This document shows positions 39,484 through 51,615 of a stretch of 64,000 bases of DNA, one piece after another. The position numbers were made by a program, and so were the translations under genes. This DNA comes from Heterodontus francisci (taxonomy: Eukaryota): positions 186,001 to 250,000 of the forward strand of contig NW_027140453.1 in NCBI RefSeq assembly GCF_036365525.1. The letters are read 5' to 3'. Under the pieces are notes generated by a model. That model was not told the origin of the DNA. It did no database searches and saw only the letters and a list, made by a program, of their open reading frames with translations. Within the stretch, counting starts at the first letter, position 1. The number at the start of each line of letters is the position of its first letter.

Positions 39484-40573
39484 ACAAAGGCAGCAGGAAA
39501 CACCTGTTTCAGATAAAATTGCTCGGTACCTTGACCTACTGTTCCCTTATTCAGAGTGACAGTGTTTATTGCAATAAAAAGAGTTGAGTTATGATTGTAG
39601 TGACACACTAGATTTACAGGTACTGCCGAGGGTGCAATGAACGATTCATAAGGATGTCACGAGATTTCAGAATGTAACTATCAGGAATCAATGACAATAA
39701 TCTGGGTTTTTATGCACTGGCCCTGTGTTTACCTTCTCCACAGGGACAGCAGAGGGGGATCCAGCACCATGGACCGGACAATGGCTTTGAGAAGGATTTA
39801 GTGAGAAAACTGAAAGAGCAGGAGATCATGTAGATCCAGCTTGATACACATCAACAGGACAAGGACACCCACTTCGTTAGAGAGAGAAAGAGAGTGTATG
39901 TGTGTGTGAGAGAGAGATCTAGTGAGAGAGAGGAAAAACGACAGGTAGAGTTAAAGAGACTGAGACAGAGAGGGAGACGGAGATAGAGGCAAAGACAGTG
40001 AGACAGCAAGAGACACATAATGAGAGAGAGAAAGACACTGAGAGAGAAAGAGTGACTGAGATAAAGAACCTGCGACAGATAGGGAGATAGATCTAGAGAG
40101 AGACAGAGAGAGGGAAAAAAACTGAAGAGATAAGAAGAGTAAGAGAGAGGGAGAGAGAGAGAAGGAGGGAATGGGTGACATAACCTTAGATACATGAGGA
40201 GACAGAGAGTCAGAGAGAGAAAGTGAGTGAAGATAAACTGAGTTAGAGAGGGAGAGAGAGTCTGAGAAAGGAAGAGAGTGAGAGACATAAACCTAGACAC
40301 ATGAGGGGGAGAGAGAGAGAGACAGAGAGAGAGTGCAAGAGAGCGGAAGGTAAACTGAGATAGAGATAGATAGAGAGAGAGAGAAGCAGAATGGCAGCCA
40401 ATTCAATTCTGATTTGTTGAACTGGGTGAATGGGCGTCTCCAACATTGTATCACATCCTAATGCTCTTCATGTTCCTCCCAATGATTTGAAAAGAGTGGA
40501 TTTGGACCGTTACAAGACTCTAAGCTCCTGATCTCACTCCTGTGTCTATTAAGAGAACAAGTTGTAGTGAAAG

Positions 40574-41026
40574 ATGAATCTGTTACTGGGTCTGATAATC
40601 CTGTTTCATTGTAAGTGAGTGTGAAATACAAAAACTATCGTTAATAACTTTCCTCTCTTCTCCCTGTCTCCCTTTCATTCCCAGAAGTTTCCTGTTTACT
40701 GATCTGCTCTTCTCTCCATCTCTCTCCCAGATGTGAACTCACAGACTATCCACCAGACTCCCGCCGCTGTCTCCAGATTGCGTGGAGAGGCAGTGGAACT
40801 GAGGTGCACATTGGAGGGCACCAGTACTGCTAGAATGTACTGGTACAGACAATACCCGGGGAAGGAGCCGCTGTTGATGTTTTACTCCAGTACTGCTAAC
40901 TATGTAGATCCAGAGGGGACGGTGGGCGGTTTCACCGCCGAGAGACCAACTGACTCCCAGTTCAACCTTGAGTCCTCCAGCCTGCGGGAGAATCACTCGG
41001 CCGTGTATTTCTGTGCCTGGAGTCTT
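40574..41026 (+). CDS. TRBV: TCR beta V segment, TRBV30-like (leader 40574-40610, V exon 40731-41026)
   Basis: Leader MNLLLGLIILFH/GTAAGT; SQTIHQTPA...CTLEGTS..MYWYRQ...MFYS...RPTDSQFNLES...YFCAWSL. Confidence 0.94.
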
Positions 41027-41065
41027 CACAGTGACTCAGAGAGATGGAGCAGTTCAACAAAAACC
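41027..41065 (+). other. 23-RSS with consensus heptamer and nonamer
   Basis: CACAGTG-actcagagagatggagcagttca-ACAAAAACC. Confidence 0.96.
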
Positions 41066-42218
41066 CCAAAGGCAACAGGAAACACCTGTTTCAGATAAAC
41101 CCAGACGGTGCTGCATCCTGCTGGGTGTTTTTGTCATTGGGAACATGTTTTTCACAAGAAGACAGGGCGGATTTAGATAGAAAGAGATTAGATTTCGAGA
41201 CAGTGGAAAATTGCGAGATAGAATTTCGAGGAATGATACCGATACTGAGAAGTTATAGCGATCAAAGTAGTCTGAACCAGAAAAGAGAAGACTGAAGGAT
41301 AAACCTTTTGTGTTCTTCGAGAGATTCTGAAAGGGTTTAATGNNNNNNNNNNNNNNNNNNNNNNNNNNNNNNNNNNNNNNNNNNNNNNNNNNNNNNNNNN
41401 NNNNNNNNNNNNNNNNNNNNNNNNNNNNNNNNNNNNNNNNNNNNNNNNNNNNNNNNNNNNNNNNNNNNNNNNNNNNNNNNNNNNNNNNNNNNNNNNNNNN
41501 NNNNNNNNNNNNNNNNNNNNNNNNNNNNNNNNNNNNNNNNNNNNNNNNNNNNNNNNNNNNNNNNNNNNNNNNNNNNNNNNNNNNNNNNNNNNNNNNNNNN
41601 NNNNNNNNNNNNNNNNNAGATANNNNNNNNNNNNNNNNNNNNNNNNNNNNNNNNNNNNNNNNNNNNNNNNNNNNNNNNNNNNNNNNNNNNNNNNNNNNNN
41701 NNNNNNNNNNNNNNNNNNNNNNNNNNNNNNNNNNNNNNNNNNNNNNNNNNNNNNNNNNNNNNNNNNNNNNNNNNNNNNNNNNNNNNNNNNNNNNNNNNNN
41801 NNNNNNNNNNNNNNNNNNNNNNNNNNNNNNNNNNNNNNNNNNNNNNNNNNNNNNNNNNNNNNNNNNNNNNNNNNNNNNNNNNNNNNNNNNNNNNNNNNNN
41901 NNNNNNNNNNNNNNNNNNNNNNNNNNNNNNNNNNNNNNNNNNNNNNNNNNNNNNNNNNNNNNNNNNNNNNNNNNNNNNNNNNNNNNNNNNNNNNNNNNNN
42001 NNNNNNNNNNNNNNNNNNNNNNNNNNNNNNNNNNNNNNNNNNNNNNNNNNNNNNNNNNNNNNNNNNNNNNNNNNNNNNNNNNNNNNNNNNNNNNNNNNNN
42101 NNNNNNNNNNNNNNNNNNNNNNNNNNNNNNNNNNNNNNNNNNNNNNNNNNGATAGATAGGTAAATAGATATACAGACACTGTTGTGGTTTATTCACTGAC
42201 AGTGTTGTCTTTCTCCAC

Positions 42219-42238
42219 AGTGACAGCAGAGGGCGGTG
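42219..42238 (+). promoter_or_regulatory. CTCF-like site downstream of the last V (paralogue at 39743-39761)
   Basis: GACAGCAGAGGGCGG; shared flank TTCTCCACAG in both copies. Confidence 0.5.
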
Positions 42239-42914
42239 TTGGACCGTGATAAGGATCAGATTATTGATGATGTTTCAATAGGGACTTTGAAACTTGTCTA
42301 TGAACCGCTCCTGATAATTAAATAACTACATCCCTGTTACAGACTGGTGAACTGAACACAAGGTACCGCAGATGCTGGATGGTTTCGGTTCTGGGTGCTC
42401 TGTCACTATATTGGTGCTCGTTGCATTTCTGGGTTATAAATAAATAAGGATGGAAATGTTAATCAGATCAGACAGCCTCTGTGGAGGGAGAAAAAATATT
42501 AGCATATCAGGTCGTAGATCTTTCAGCAGAACTGGAAGGATTTACAGATCTATTAACTTTTAAGCAGCACAAAGTCAGAGAGACGGGGAATGGGAGAAAT
42601 GCAAAATAGATTGAATAACAAAACTGAGGCTGGTGCAAGACAAAGGGGAAGTTAATGGGTCAAGTAAAGAACAAAAGATGGGTCTAGAAGAGGCAGAACT
42701 GGCAGAAACACAATCATTACCAACAAGCCTCTGTCCAAATAAACCGGAGCAGTGGTTATGATCAGAAATTGTTAAACTAGCTGTTGAGTTCAGAAAGCTG
42801 TAAAGTGCCCAATTGAAAGATGAGGTGCTGTTCTTCGAGTTTCTGTTGAGCTTCATTGGAGCAGAGAAGGAGGTCGAGGACAGAGAGGTCAGGGTGGGAG
42901 TTTACAGAGTATCT

Positions 42915-45645
42915 GCACCCCGTGCAGATACTATAATAACAGACCCACTCAGTGACTCTCCCTGTGGAGATATTATAATAACAGACCCACTCAGTGAATC
43001 TCCCAGTGGAGTCGGTCTGTTATTAGTGTATCTCCAAAGGGAGAGTCACTGAGTGCGTCTGTTGTTATAGTATCTCCACAAGGAGAGTCACTGAGTGGGT
43101 ATGTTATTATAGTATTTCCACAGTGAGAGTCACTTTGTGGGTCTGTTATTATTGCATCTCCACAGGGAGAGTGAATGATTGTGTCTGTTATTATTGCATC
43201 TCCACAGGGAGAGTCACTGTGTCTCTCTGTAATTATAGTATCTCAACTGGGACATTCATTGAGTGGGTCTGTTCTTATACTATCACCACAGGCAGTGTCA
43301 GTGAGTGGATCTGAAATTACAGTGTCTCCACAGTGAGAGTCACTGAGTGGGTCTGTTATTATAATATCTCCACAAGGAGGGTCACTGAGTTGGTCTGTTA
43401 TTATAGTATCTCCTGAGGGAGAGTCTCTGAGTGCGGCTGTTATTATAGTATCTCCGCAGGGATGGTGAATGATTATGTCTGTTATTATAGTATCTCAAGT
43501 GGGAGAGTCAGTAAGTGTCTCTGTTGTTGTAGTATCTCCACAGGGAGAGTCACTGTGTGAATCTGTTTCTTTAGCATCTGCACAGGGGGAGCCACTGAGT
43601 GGGTCTGTTTTTGTATTATCTACACAGGGAGAGTCACTGAGTCTCTCTGGTATTATAGTATCTCCACAGGGAGACTGAATTATTGTGTCTGTTATTATAG
43701 AATCTCCGCAGGGAGAGTCACTGAGTTGGTCTGTTATTATAGTATCTCCACAGGGAGTGTTTCTGAGTGGATCTGTTATTATAGTATCTCCACAGGGAGA
43801 GTGTATGATTGTGTCTCTTATTATAGTACCTCCTCGCGGAGAGTCATTGAGTGGGTCTGTTATTATAGTATCTCCACAGGGAGAGAAACTGAGTGTGTCT
43901 GTTATTATAGTATCTCCAGTGGGAGAGTCACTGAGTGGGTCTGTTATTATAGAATCTCCACAGGGAGAGTCACTGAGTGGGTCTGTTATTATAGTATCTC
44001 CACAGGGAGAGTCACTGAGTGGGTCTGTTATTATAGAATCTCCACAGGGAGAGTCACTGAGTGGGTCTATTATTATAGTATCTCCACAGGGAGAGTCACT
44101 GAGTGGGTCTGTTATTATAGTATCTCCACAGGGAGAGTCACTGAGTAGGTCTGTTATTATAGTATCTCCACAGGGAGAGAAACTGAGTGGGTCTGTTATT
44201 ATAGTATCTCCACAGGGAGAGAAACTGAGTGGGTCTGTTATTATAGTATCTCCACAGGGAGAGTCACTGAGTGGGTCTGTTATTATAGAATCTCCACAGG
44301 GAGAGTCACTGAGTAGGTCTGTTATTATAGTATCTCCACAGGGAGAGAAACTGAGTGGGTCTGTTATTATAGTATCTCCACAGGGAGAGTCACTGAGTGG
44401 GTCTGTTATTATAGAATCTCCACAGGGAGAGTCACTGAGTGGGTCTATTATTACAGTATCTCAACAGGGAGAGTCACTGAGTGGGTCTGTTATTATAGTA
44501 TCTCCACAGGGAGAGAAACTGAGTGGGTCTGTTATTATAGTATCTCCACAGGGAGAGAAACTGAGTGGGTCTGTTATTATAGTATCTCCACAGGGAGAGA
44601 AACTGAGTGTGTCTGTTATTATAGTATCTCCACAGGGAGAGAAACTGAGTGTGTCTGTTATTATGGTATCTCCAGTGGGAGTGTCACTGAGTGTCTCTGG
44701 TATTACAGTATCTCCACAGGGAGAGTTAATGATTATGTCTGTTATTGCAGTCTCTGCACAGGGAGAGTCACTGAGTCGGTCAGTTATTATAGTATCTCCA
44801 CAGGGAGAGTCACTGATTGGGTCTGTTATTATAGTATCTCCACAGGGAGAGTCACTGAGTGGGTCTGTTATTATAGTATCTCCACAGGGAGAGTCACTGA
44901 GTCGGTCTGTTATTATAGTATCTCCACAGAGAGAGTCACTGAGTGGGTCTGTTATTATAGTATCTCCACAGGGAGAGTCACTGAGTGGGTCTGTTATTAT
45001 TGCATCTCCATGAGGGGAGTCACTGTGTCGGTCTGCAATTATAGTATCTCAACTGGGACAATCATTGAGTGGGTCTGTTGCTGTCGCATGTCCACAGGGA
45101 GAGTCACTGAGTGGGTCTGTTATTACACTATCTCCACAGGGAGAGTCAATGAGTGGGTCTGTTATTATAGTATATCCACAAGGAGAGTCACTGAGTTGCA
45201 CTGTTATTATAGTATCTGCACAAGGAGTGTCACTGAGTTGGTCTGTTATTATCGTATCTCCACAGGGAGAGTTACTGAGTGGGTCTGTAAATATCGTATC
45301 TCAACTGGGACAATCATTGAGTGGGTCTGTTCTTAAACTATCACCACAAGGAGAGTCAGTGAGTAGATCTGAAATTGCAGCATCTCCACAGGGAGATTCA
45401 CTGAGTGCGTCTGTAATCATAGTATCTCGACAGGGAGAGTCACCGAGTGAGTCTGTTATTATAGTATCGTTAGAGAGAGAGTCTGTGAGTGTGTCTGTTA
45501 TTATAGTATCTCCACTGGGAGAGCTACTGAGTGGGTCTGTTATCATAGCATCTCCACAAAGGAGAGTGACTGAGTGGGTCTGTTATTATAGTATCTCCGC
45601 AGGGAGTGTCTCTGTGTGGTTCTCTTATTATTGTATCTCCACCGT
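42915..45645. repeat. 42-bp minisatellite (GAGTCACTGAGTGGGTCTGTTATTATAGTATCTCCACAGGGA); first ~2 units inverted
   Basis: 14-aa periodic ORF; orientation switch near 43011. Confidence 0.95.
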
Positions 45646-46094
45646 GTGATATCTCTCTCTCTTTCTCGCTCTCCCTTTCTGTGCCTCTCCTTCTCTCTTT
45701 CTGTCTCTGTCTCTCTTTGACCCTCTCCTTGTCACTGTCTCTCCCTCTCTCTGTCACTCTTATTCTGTCTGAATACTTTACTCTGTTTTTCTCTCACATC
45801 ATCTCTCCCTCCCACGCTGTCTCCTNNNNNNNNNNNNNNNNNNNNNNNNNNNNNNNNNNNNNNNNNNNNNNNNNNNNNNNNNNNNNNNNNNNNNNNNNNN
45901 NNNNNNNNNNNNNNNNNNNNNNNNNNNNNNNNNNNNNNNNNNNNNNNNNNNNNNNNNNNNNNNNNNNNNNNNNACTTTGCCACTGCCTGCCCCTCTCTCT
46001 GTTTCACCTTCTCTGTCTCTGTCTCTCTCACATGCTCTCTCTCCCTCTGCCTCTCTCTCTGTCTCTCCCCTTCTCTCTTTCTCTGCCTCTGTAT

Positions 46095-47490
46095 CAGAGT
46101 TGTTGCAGTGCTTAAGGAGGCCATTCGGGCCATCTTGTCTGCACTGGATTTCCGAGAGTGCAATTCTCTCAGTTCCATTACCCTGCCTTCTCTTCATAAC
46201 CCTGCACATTCTTCCTTTTCATATCACTGTCTAATTCCCTTTTGAATGCTTCAATTGAACCTGCCTCCACCACGTTCTCAGGCAGCGCATTCCAGACATT
46301 AACCACACACTGCATGAAAAAGATTTTCCCCATGTCACTTTTGCTTCTCTGACCAAATATTTTCTGTCTGTGTCATCTCGTTCTCGATCCTTTCACAAGT
46401 GGGAACAGTTTCTCCCTATCTGCTCTGTCCAGATCCCTCATGATGTTGAATACTTCTATCAAATCACCTCTCAGCCTTCTCTTCTCCAAGGAAAACCGTC
46501 CTAACTTCTCCAATCTATCTTCATAACTGAAATTCCTCATCCCTGGAACCATTCTCGTGAATCTCTTCTGTACTCTGTCCAATGCCCTCACATCTTTCCT
46601 AAAGTGTGGCTCTCAGAAATGGACGCAATACTCGTGCTGAGGATGAACTAGTGTCTAATACAAGTTCTACATAACCTCCTTGCTCTTGTACTCTGTGCCC
46701 CTATTAATAAATCCCAGGATACTGTATGCTTTATTAACCACTCTCTCAACCTACACTGCCACTTTCAATGACTTCTGCACATTTACACCCAGGTCCCTCT
46801 GCTCCTGCTCCCACTTTGGAATTGTTCCCTTTCTTCTATATTGTCACTCCATGTTCTTCCTACCAAAATGAATCACTTCACATTTCTATGCATTGAACGT
46901 TATCTGCCACCTGCCTGCCCATTCCACCAACTTGTCTATGTCTTTTTGAAATTCGTCACTATCGTCCTCACAGTTCACAATGCTTCCAAGTTTCGTATCA
47001 TCTGCAAACTTTGAAATTGTACCCTGTACACCGAGGTCTCGGTCATTAATATACATATGAAGAAACTCAAGGGTCCCAACCCTGACCCCTGGGGAACTCC
47101 ACTACAAAACTTCATTCAGCCTGAAAAACATCCATTAATCACAACTCTTTGTTTCCTGCCACTCAGCCAATTCCGTATCCATGTTGCTACCGTAGTATTT
47201 ATTCTATGAGCTACAAGTTTGCTCACACGTCTGTTGTGTGGCACTGTATCAAACGCCTTTTGAAAATCCATGTACACCACATCAACAACATTGCCCTCAT
47301 CAACCCTCTCAGTTACCTCCTCAAAAAACTCCAGCCAGTTTGTTAAACATGATTTTCCCTTATGAAATCCATACTGCCTTTCCTTAATTAACTCACATTT
47401 ATCCATGTGACTATTGATGGTGATCCGAATTATTTTTTCTGGATATTTTCTACCACCAAAGTTAAAATAACTGACCTAAAGTTGCTCTGG
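46095..47490 (-). mobile_element. CR1 LINE RT
   Basis: KGKSCLTNWLEFFEEVT...YMDFQKAFDTVPH; RVQKRFTRMVPGM. Confidence 0.93.
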
Positions 47491-47499
47491 TAGTCTGCC

Positions 47500-48325
47500 C
47501 ACTCTCTATCTCTGTCTCTCTCTATTTTTCTATCTTTACTCTCTTACTCCCTCTCTCTCTTTGCCCTGTCTCTCTCTCTCTCGGTCTCCCCGTCTCTCTC
47601 TGTCTCTCTCTCTGTCTCTCTGTCTGTCTCTCCCTCTGTCCCTCCCTCTGTACCTCCCTCTGTCTCTCCCGCTCTGCCTCGCTCTCTCTTGGTCTCTCCT
47701 GCTTTCACTCTCCCTCTCTCTGCCAATCCCTATCTCTCCCATCTTTCTCTTTGTCTCGGTCTCTCCCTCTACCCTGTCTCCCCCAATCTCTGTCTCTCCC
47801 AATCGTTCTCTCTGTCTCTGTCTCACCGTCTGCATCTGTCCCTCTGTCTGTCTTTCCCTCTCCCTCTGTCCCTCCCTCTCTCCCTCTACCGCTCTATCCC
47901 TCTCTCTGCCACTCCCTCTCTGTCTGAATTTCCCTCCCCTCTGTCTCCCTTGTCTCTATCTCCCCTGTTTCTGTCTCTCCCACCTTCTCTGTCTCCCCTC
48001 TCTGTCTGTCCCTCCGTCTGTCTTTCCCTCTCCCTCTGCCCCTCCCCCTCTCCCTCCCTCTCTCTCTGTGCTGCTCCCTTTCGGTCTTTCTTTATCTCCC
48101 TCGCTGTCTCTGTCTTCCCTGTCTCGATTTCCGCTGCTTCTGTCTCTCCCTCCTTCTCTGTCTCTGTTTCTCTTTCTCGCTCTGTCTCTGTCTCCCCCCT
48201 GTCTCTCGGTCTGTTTCTTCCCTCTCTCTCTGTCTCTCCCTCTCTCTCTGTCTCTCCCTTCCCCCTATTTCTCTGCCTCTCTCTCGCTCTCTCTCTCTTT
48301 TCATCTCTCCCTTCCTCTCTCTGTC
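47500..48325. repeat. CT-rich low-complexity tract
   Basis: Direct inspection. Confidence 0.9.
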
Positions 48326-48387
48326 CCAGGACAGCAATGCTTTCAGACATGTCTTTGTTAATTTAGAACCAGTAACTCTTTCCTTTA

Positions 48388-48988
48388 GAATCACAGAAAT
48401 TTTAAGGCACAGAAAGAGGCCACTTGTCTCATCGTATCTGTGCCAGACAAATAACGATCTTCCTACTCTAATCCCACCTGCCACCCTTTGTTCCGTAGCC
48501 CTGTAGATTCAGGCACTTGAGGTGCATATCCAGACTCCTTTTGAATGACTTGAGGTTTTCCGCCTCAACTCCCCTTTCAGGCCATCTGTTCCAGACCCTC
48601 ACCACCCTCTGAGTGAAAAATATTTTCCTCATCTCCCTTCTAATCTTTCTACCAATCACTTTAAGTCTATGCCCCTTCATCGCTGAGCTCTCTACTAAGG
48701 TGAATCGACCCTTCACTTCCACTCTATCCAAGCCCTTCACATTTCAATCAGATCTCCCGTCAGCCTTCTCTGTGCCAAGGAGAACAGCCACAGCCGATCC
48801 AATCTTCCCTCATAGCTGCATTTTCCAGTTCTGGCAACATCCTCGTAAATCTCCTCTGTACCCTCTCCAGTGCAATTGCATCCTTTCTGTAACGATGTGA
48901 CCAGAACTGCACACAGTACTCGAGTTGTGGTCTAACCAATGGGTTATGCAGTTTCAGCATAACCTCCAAGCTCTTCTATTCTATACCT
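48388..48988 (-). mobile_element. CR1 LINE 3' end inserted in a local ~150-bp repeat
   Basis: LVRPQLEYCVQFWS..ERVQRRFTRMLP; FFTQRVVRVWN. Confidence 0.92.
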
Positions 48989-49357
48989 GCCTTGTTGGGA
49001 AGGTCACTGCAGTGTGAAAATATCAAACACTGATCCAACACTCACGCGTAAAACATTCACACTAAACTCCCAACACAGGACTGGGCAGATAATGAGGATT
49101 GTTACTGACTGTTACATCTTGTCTCATCCTCTATTTGTCTCTGCCTCTCATGTCTGTCTCTCTCCATCTCTTTCTCTCTCTCCCTCGATCTCCTTCTCCC
49201 TCTTTCCCCGCCGCAGTCCATGACTGTGCCTGTGCCTCTCTCACACCATCTCTCCCTCTCTCTCTCCTTGGACAGAAATGGTTTCGTCCATTTATTGGTT
49301 AATTTTGAACCTGCAATTCTTGCCCTTGCTGGGGACGTCCCTGCAGTTTGAAAATAT

Positions 49358-49700
49358 GTGGGTGGCACAGTGTTGCAGTGGTTAGCACCGCAGCCTCACA
49401 GCTCCAGCGACCCGGGTTCAATTCTGCCTGTGTGGAGTTTGCAAGTTTTCCCTGTGTCTGCGTGGGTTTCCTCTGGGTGCTCCGGTTTCCTCCTACATGC
49501 CAAAGACTTGCAGGTTGATAGGTAAATTGGCCATTATAAATTGTCCCTAGTATACGTAGGTGGTAGGGAAATATAAGGACAGGTGGGGATGTGGTAGGAA
49601 TATGGAATTCGTGTAGGATTAGTATATAAATGGTGGTTGATGGTCGGCACAGACTCGGTGGGCCGAACGGCCTGTTTCAGAGCTGTATCTCTAAACTAAA
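49358..49700 (+). mobile_element. Full-length tRNA-derived SINE with 69-bp flanking direct repeats
   Basis: Pol III A-box-like GCAGTGGTTAGC, B box GGTTCAATTC, CR1-like 3' end and (CTAAA)n tail. Confidence 0.88.
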
Positions 49701-50477
49701 CATTTATTGGTTAATTTTGAACCTGCAATTCTTGGCCTTGCTGGGAACGTCACTGCAGTTTGAAAATATCAAACACTGATCAACACACGCTCCCTAAACT
49801 TTCACACTAAACCCCCAATACAGGACTGGGCAGATAATGGGGATTTTTACTGAGGTTCTGTCAAGGTCCCCTCACACCCTGTCTCCCTTTTCCCCTACTT
49901 CTAAAGTTTGTCAATTTTTGATAATATATTGTCCACAATAATAACTGTCCCTGCAGTTTGAAAATATGAAACACTGATCCAACAGTTCCCTCCAAAACAC
50001 TCACACTAAACCCCAAATGTTTCCTTTCAAATTTAGTTTTTGCACACAGCCAGTTTTAGTTTTTAATTTTCTCTTTTTTCAAACATTATTAGATCTAAAG
50101 TTTCTCATTTAATCCCGCCCTGTCACACTCTCTCTGTCTCTCTCTCCCTCTGTCTCTGTCCCATTCTGTCTGTGTCTCTCTCCCTCCATCTCTGTTTCCC
50201 TCTCTCCATGGACAGCAATGCTTCGAGCCATTCCGTTGTTAATTTTGAATCTGTAACTCTTGCGCTTGTTGGGAATGTCACTGCAGTTTGAGCAAAAACT
50301 CAGCCCTAAAGCACTCACACTAAATCCCCAATACCAGACGGGTCAGACAATTGACATTGTTTCTGGGGTTCTGTCAAGGTCTAATTTCACTAACTCTACT
50401 GTCCCTCAGTCTTTCACTTCGTTTTTCTCTCCAATACTCCATTTGTTTACATTTCCCTCTCTCCTTTGTCCTGACTC

Positions 50478-50958
50478 GCCCTCCACTTTATACGTAGAGC
50501 GAGAGCTCCCTCCACTTTATACGTAGAGAGGGAGCTCACTGCACTGTATACATAGAGAGGGAGCTCGCTCTACTGCATACGTACAGAGGGTGCTCACTCC
50601 AGTTTATACGTAGAGAGGGAGCTGCCTCCACTTTATACATAGAGAGGGAGCTGCCTCCACTTTATACGTAGAGGGGGAGCTCCCACTATTTTATTCATAG
50701 AGGGGGAGCTCGCTCCAATTTATACATAGAGAGGGTGCTCCCTAAACTATATACATAGAGAGGGAGTTCCCTCCTCTTTATACATAGAGAGGAAGCTCCC
50801 TCCATTTAAGACATAGAGAATGAGCTCCCTCCACTTTATACATAGAGAGGGAGCTCCCTGCACTTGAAACAAAGAGAGGGAGCTTCCTCCACTGTATACA
50901 TACAGAGGGAGCTCTCTCCACTTTATGCAGAGAGAGGGAGCTCCCTCTATTTTATACA
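50478..50958. repeat. 29-bp minisatellite with internal palindrome GAGGGAGCTCCCTC
   Basis: About 16 units of CTCCCTCCACTTTATACATAGAGAGGGAG. Confidence 0.9.
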
Positions 50959-51524
50959 GCTGCCAAGGTGAGTTTTGAACCCTGTCCCCAGCACATCAGG
51001 TTGGGCCTCTGGATTACTTGAGCAGTGATATTATCAATATGCGACTGCCTCCCTAATGGCTGTGTACAGTGTCTGACCCCCAATATCACCCACAGTAGTT
51101 TCTGGGCTGTAACCCTGAACACTGTCCTGAATCAGATCCACAAAGTTCACATTTTAACTGGGGAAAAGACAGGAACAGAGTGAAACGTAATTGCTTTTGT
51201 CCCTGGATTCAGTGTCCACTGCAGACAGATCAGTTACATTTACAACAGAAATGCCAGGAGTGAATAAGGTCAATACAATAATATGGCAAATATAAATGAC
51301 GCCTCTCATAATTGTAGCATCCGTGCAGTATGAGGACGGTTTTCAGGTTCATTCCCGAGAGAGGCCTTACAAAGGAAATGTCATTGACATTGAAATGATT
51401 GTGTTTTATCCACCACATTATTTACATCAGCATCAAAGCTGCTGATGTAATGTGTTTGTTGAGGTGAGTATAACTAATAGCAATGATTAGGAGTATCACC
51501 GTGTCAGTGGAGACTTATCCCCTG

Positions 51525-51530
51525 TATAAA
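51525..51530 (+). promoter_or_regulatory. Putative TATA box of the GPCR gene
   Basis: TATAAA about 90 bp above the ATG at 51616. Confidence 0.5.
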
Positions 51531-51615
51531 TTAGGACCCAGTGGATTGGATCAGCTCAGAGTGCCTGGTGGAGCTGTGGATTCCAGGCTAATAGAAGCCT
51601 CTGCTTCTCACAGGA

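Noticed and set aside
18221-41026. Ig, IgNAR or NAR-TCR identity for the V segments
   Set aside because: No adjacent D/J clusters and no octamer promoters seen at the leaders; sequences and 23-RSS fit TCR beta.
43685-45013. 442-aa ORF
   Set aside because: Translation of a 42-bp satellite that happens to lack stops in one frame.
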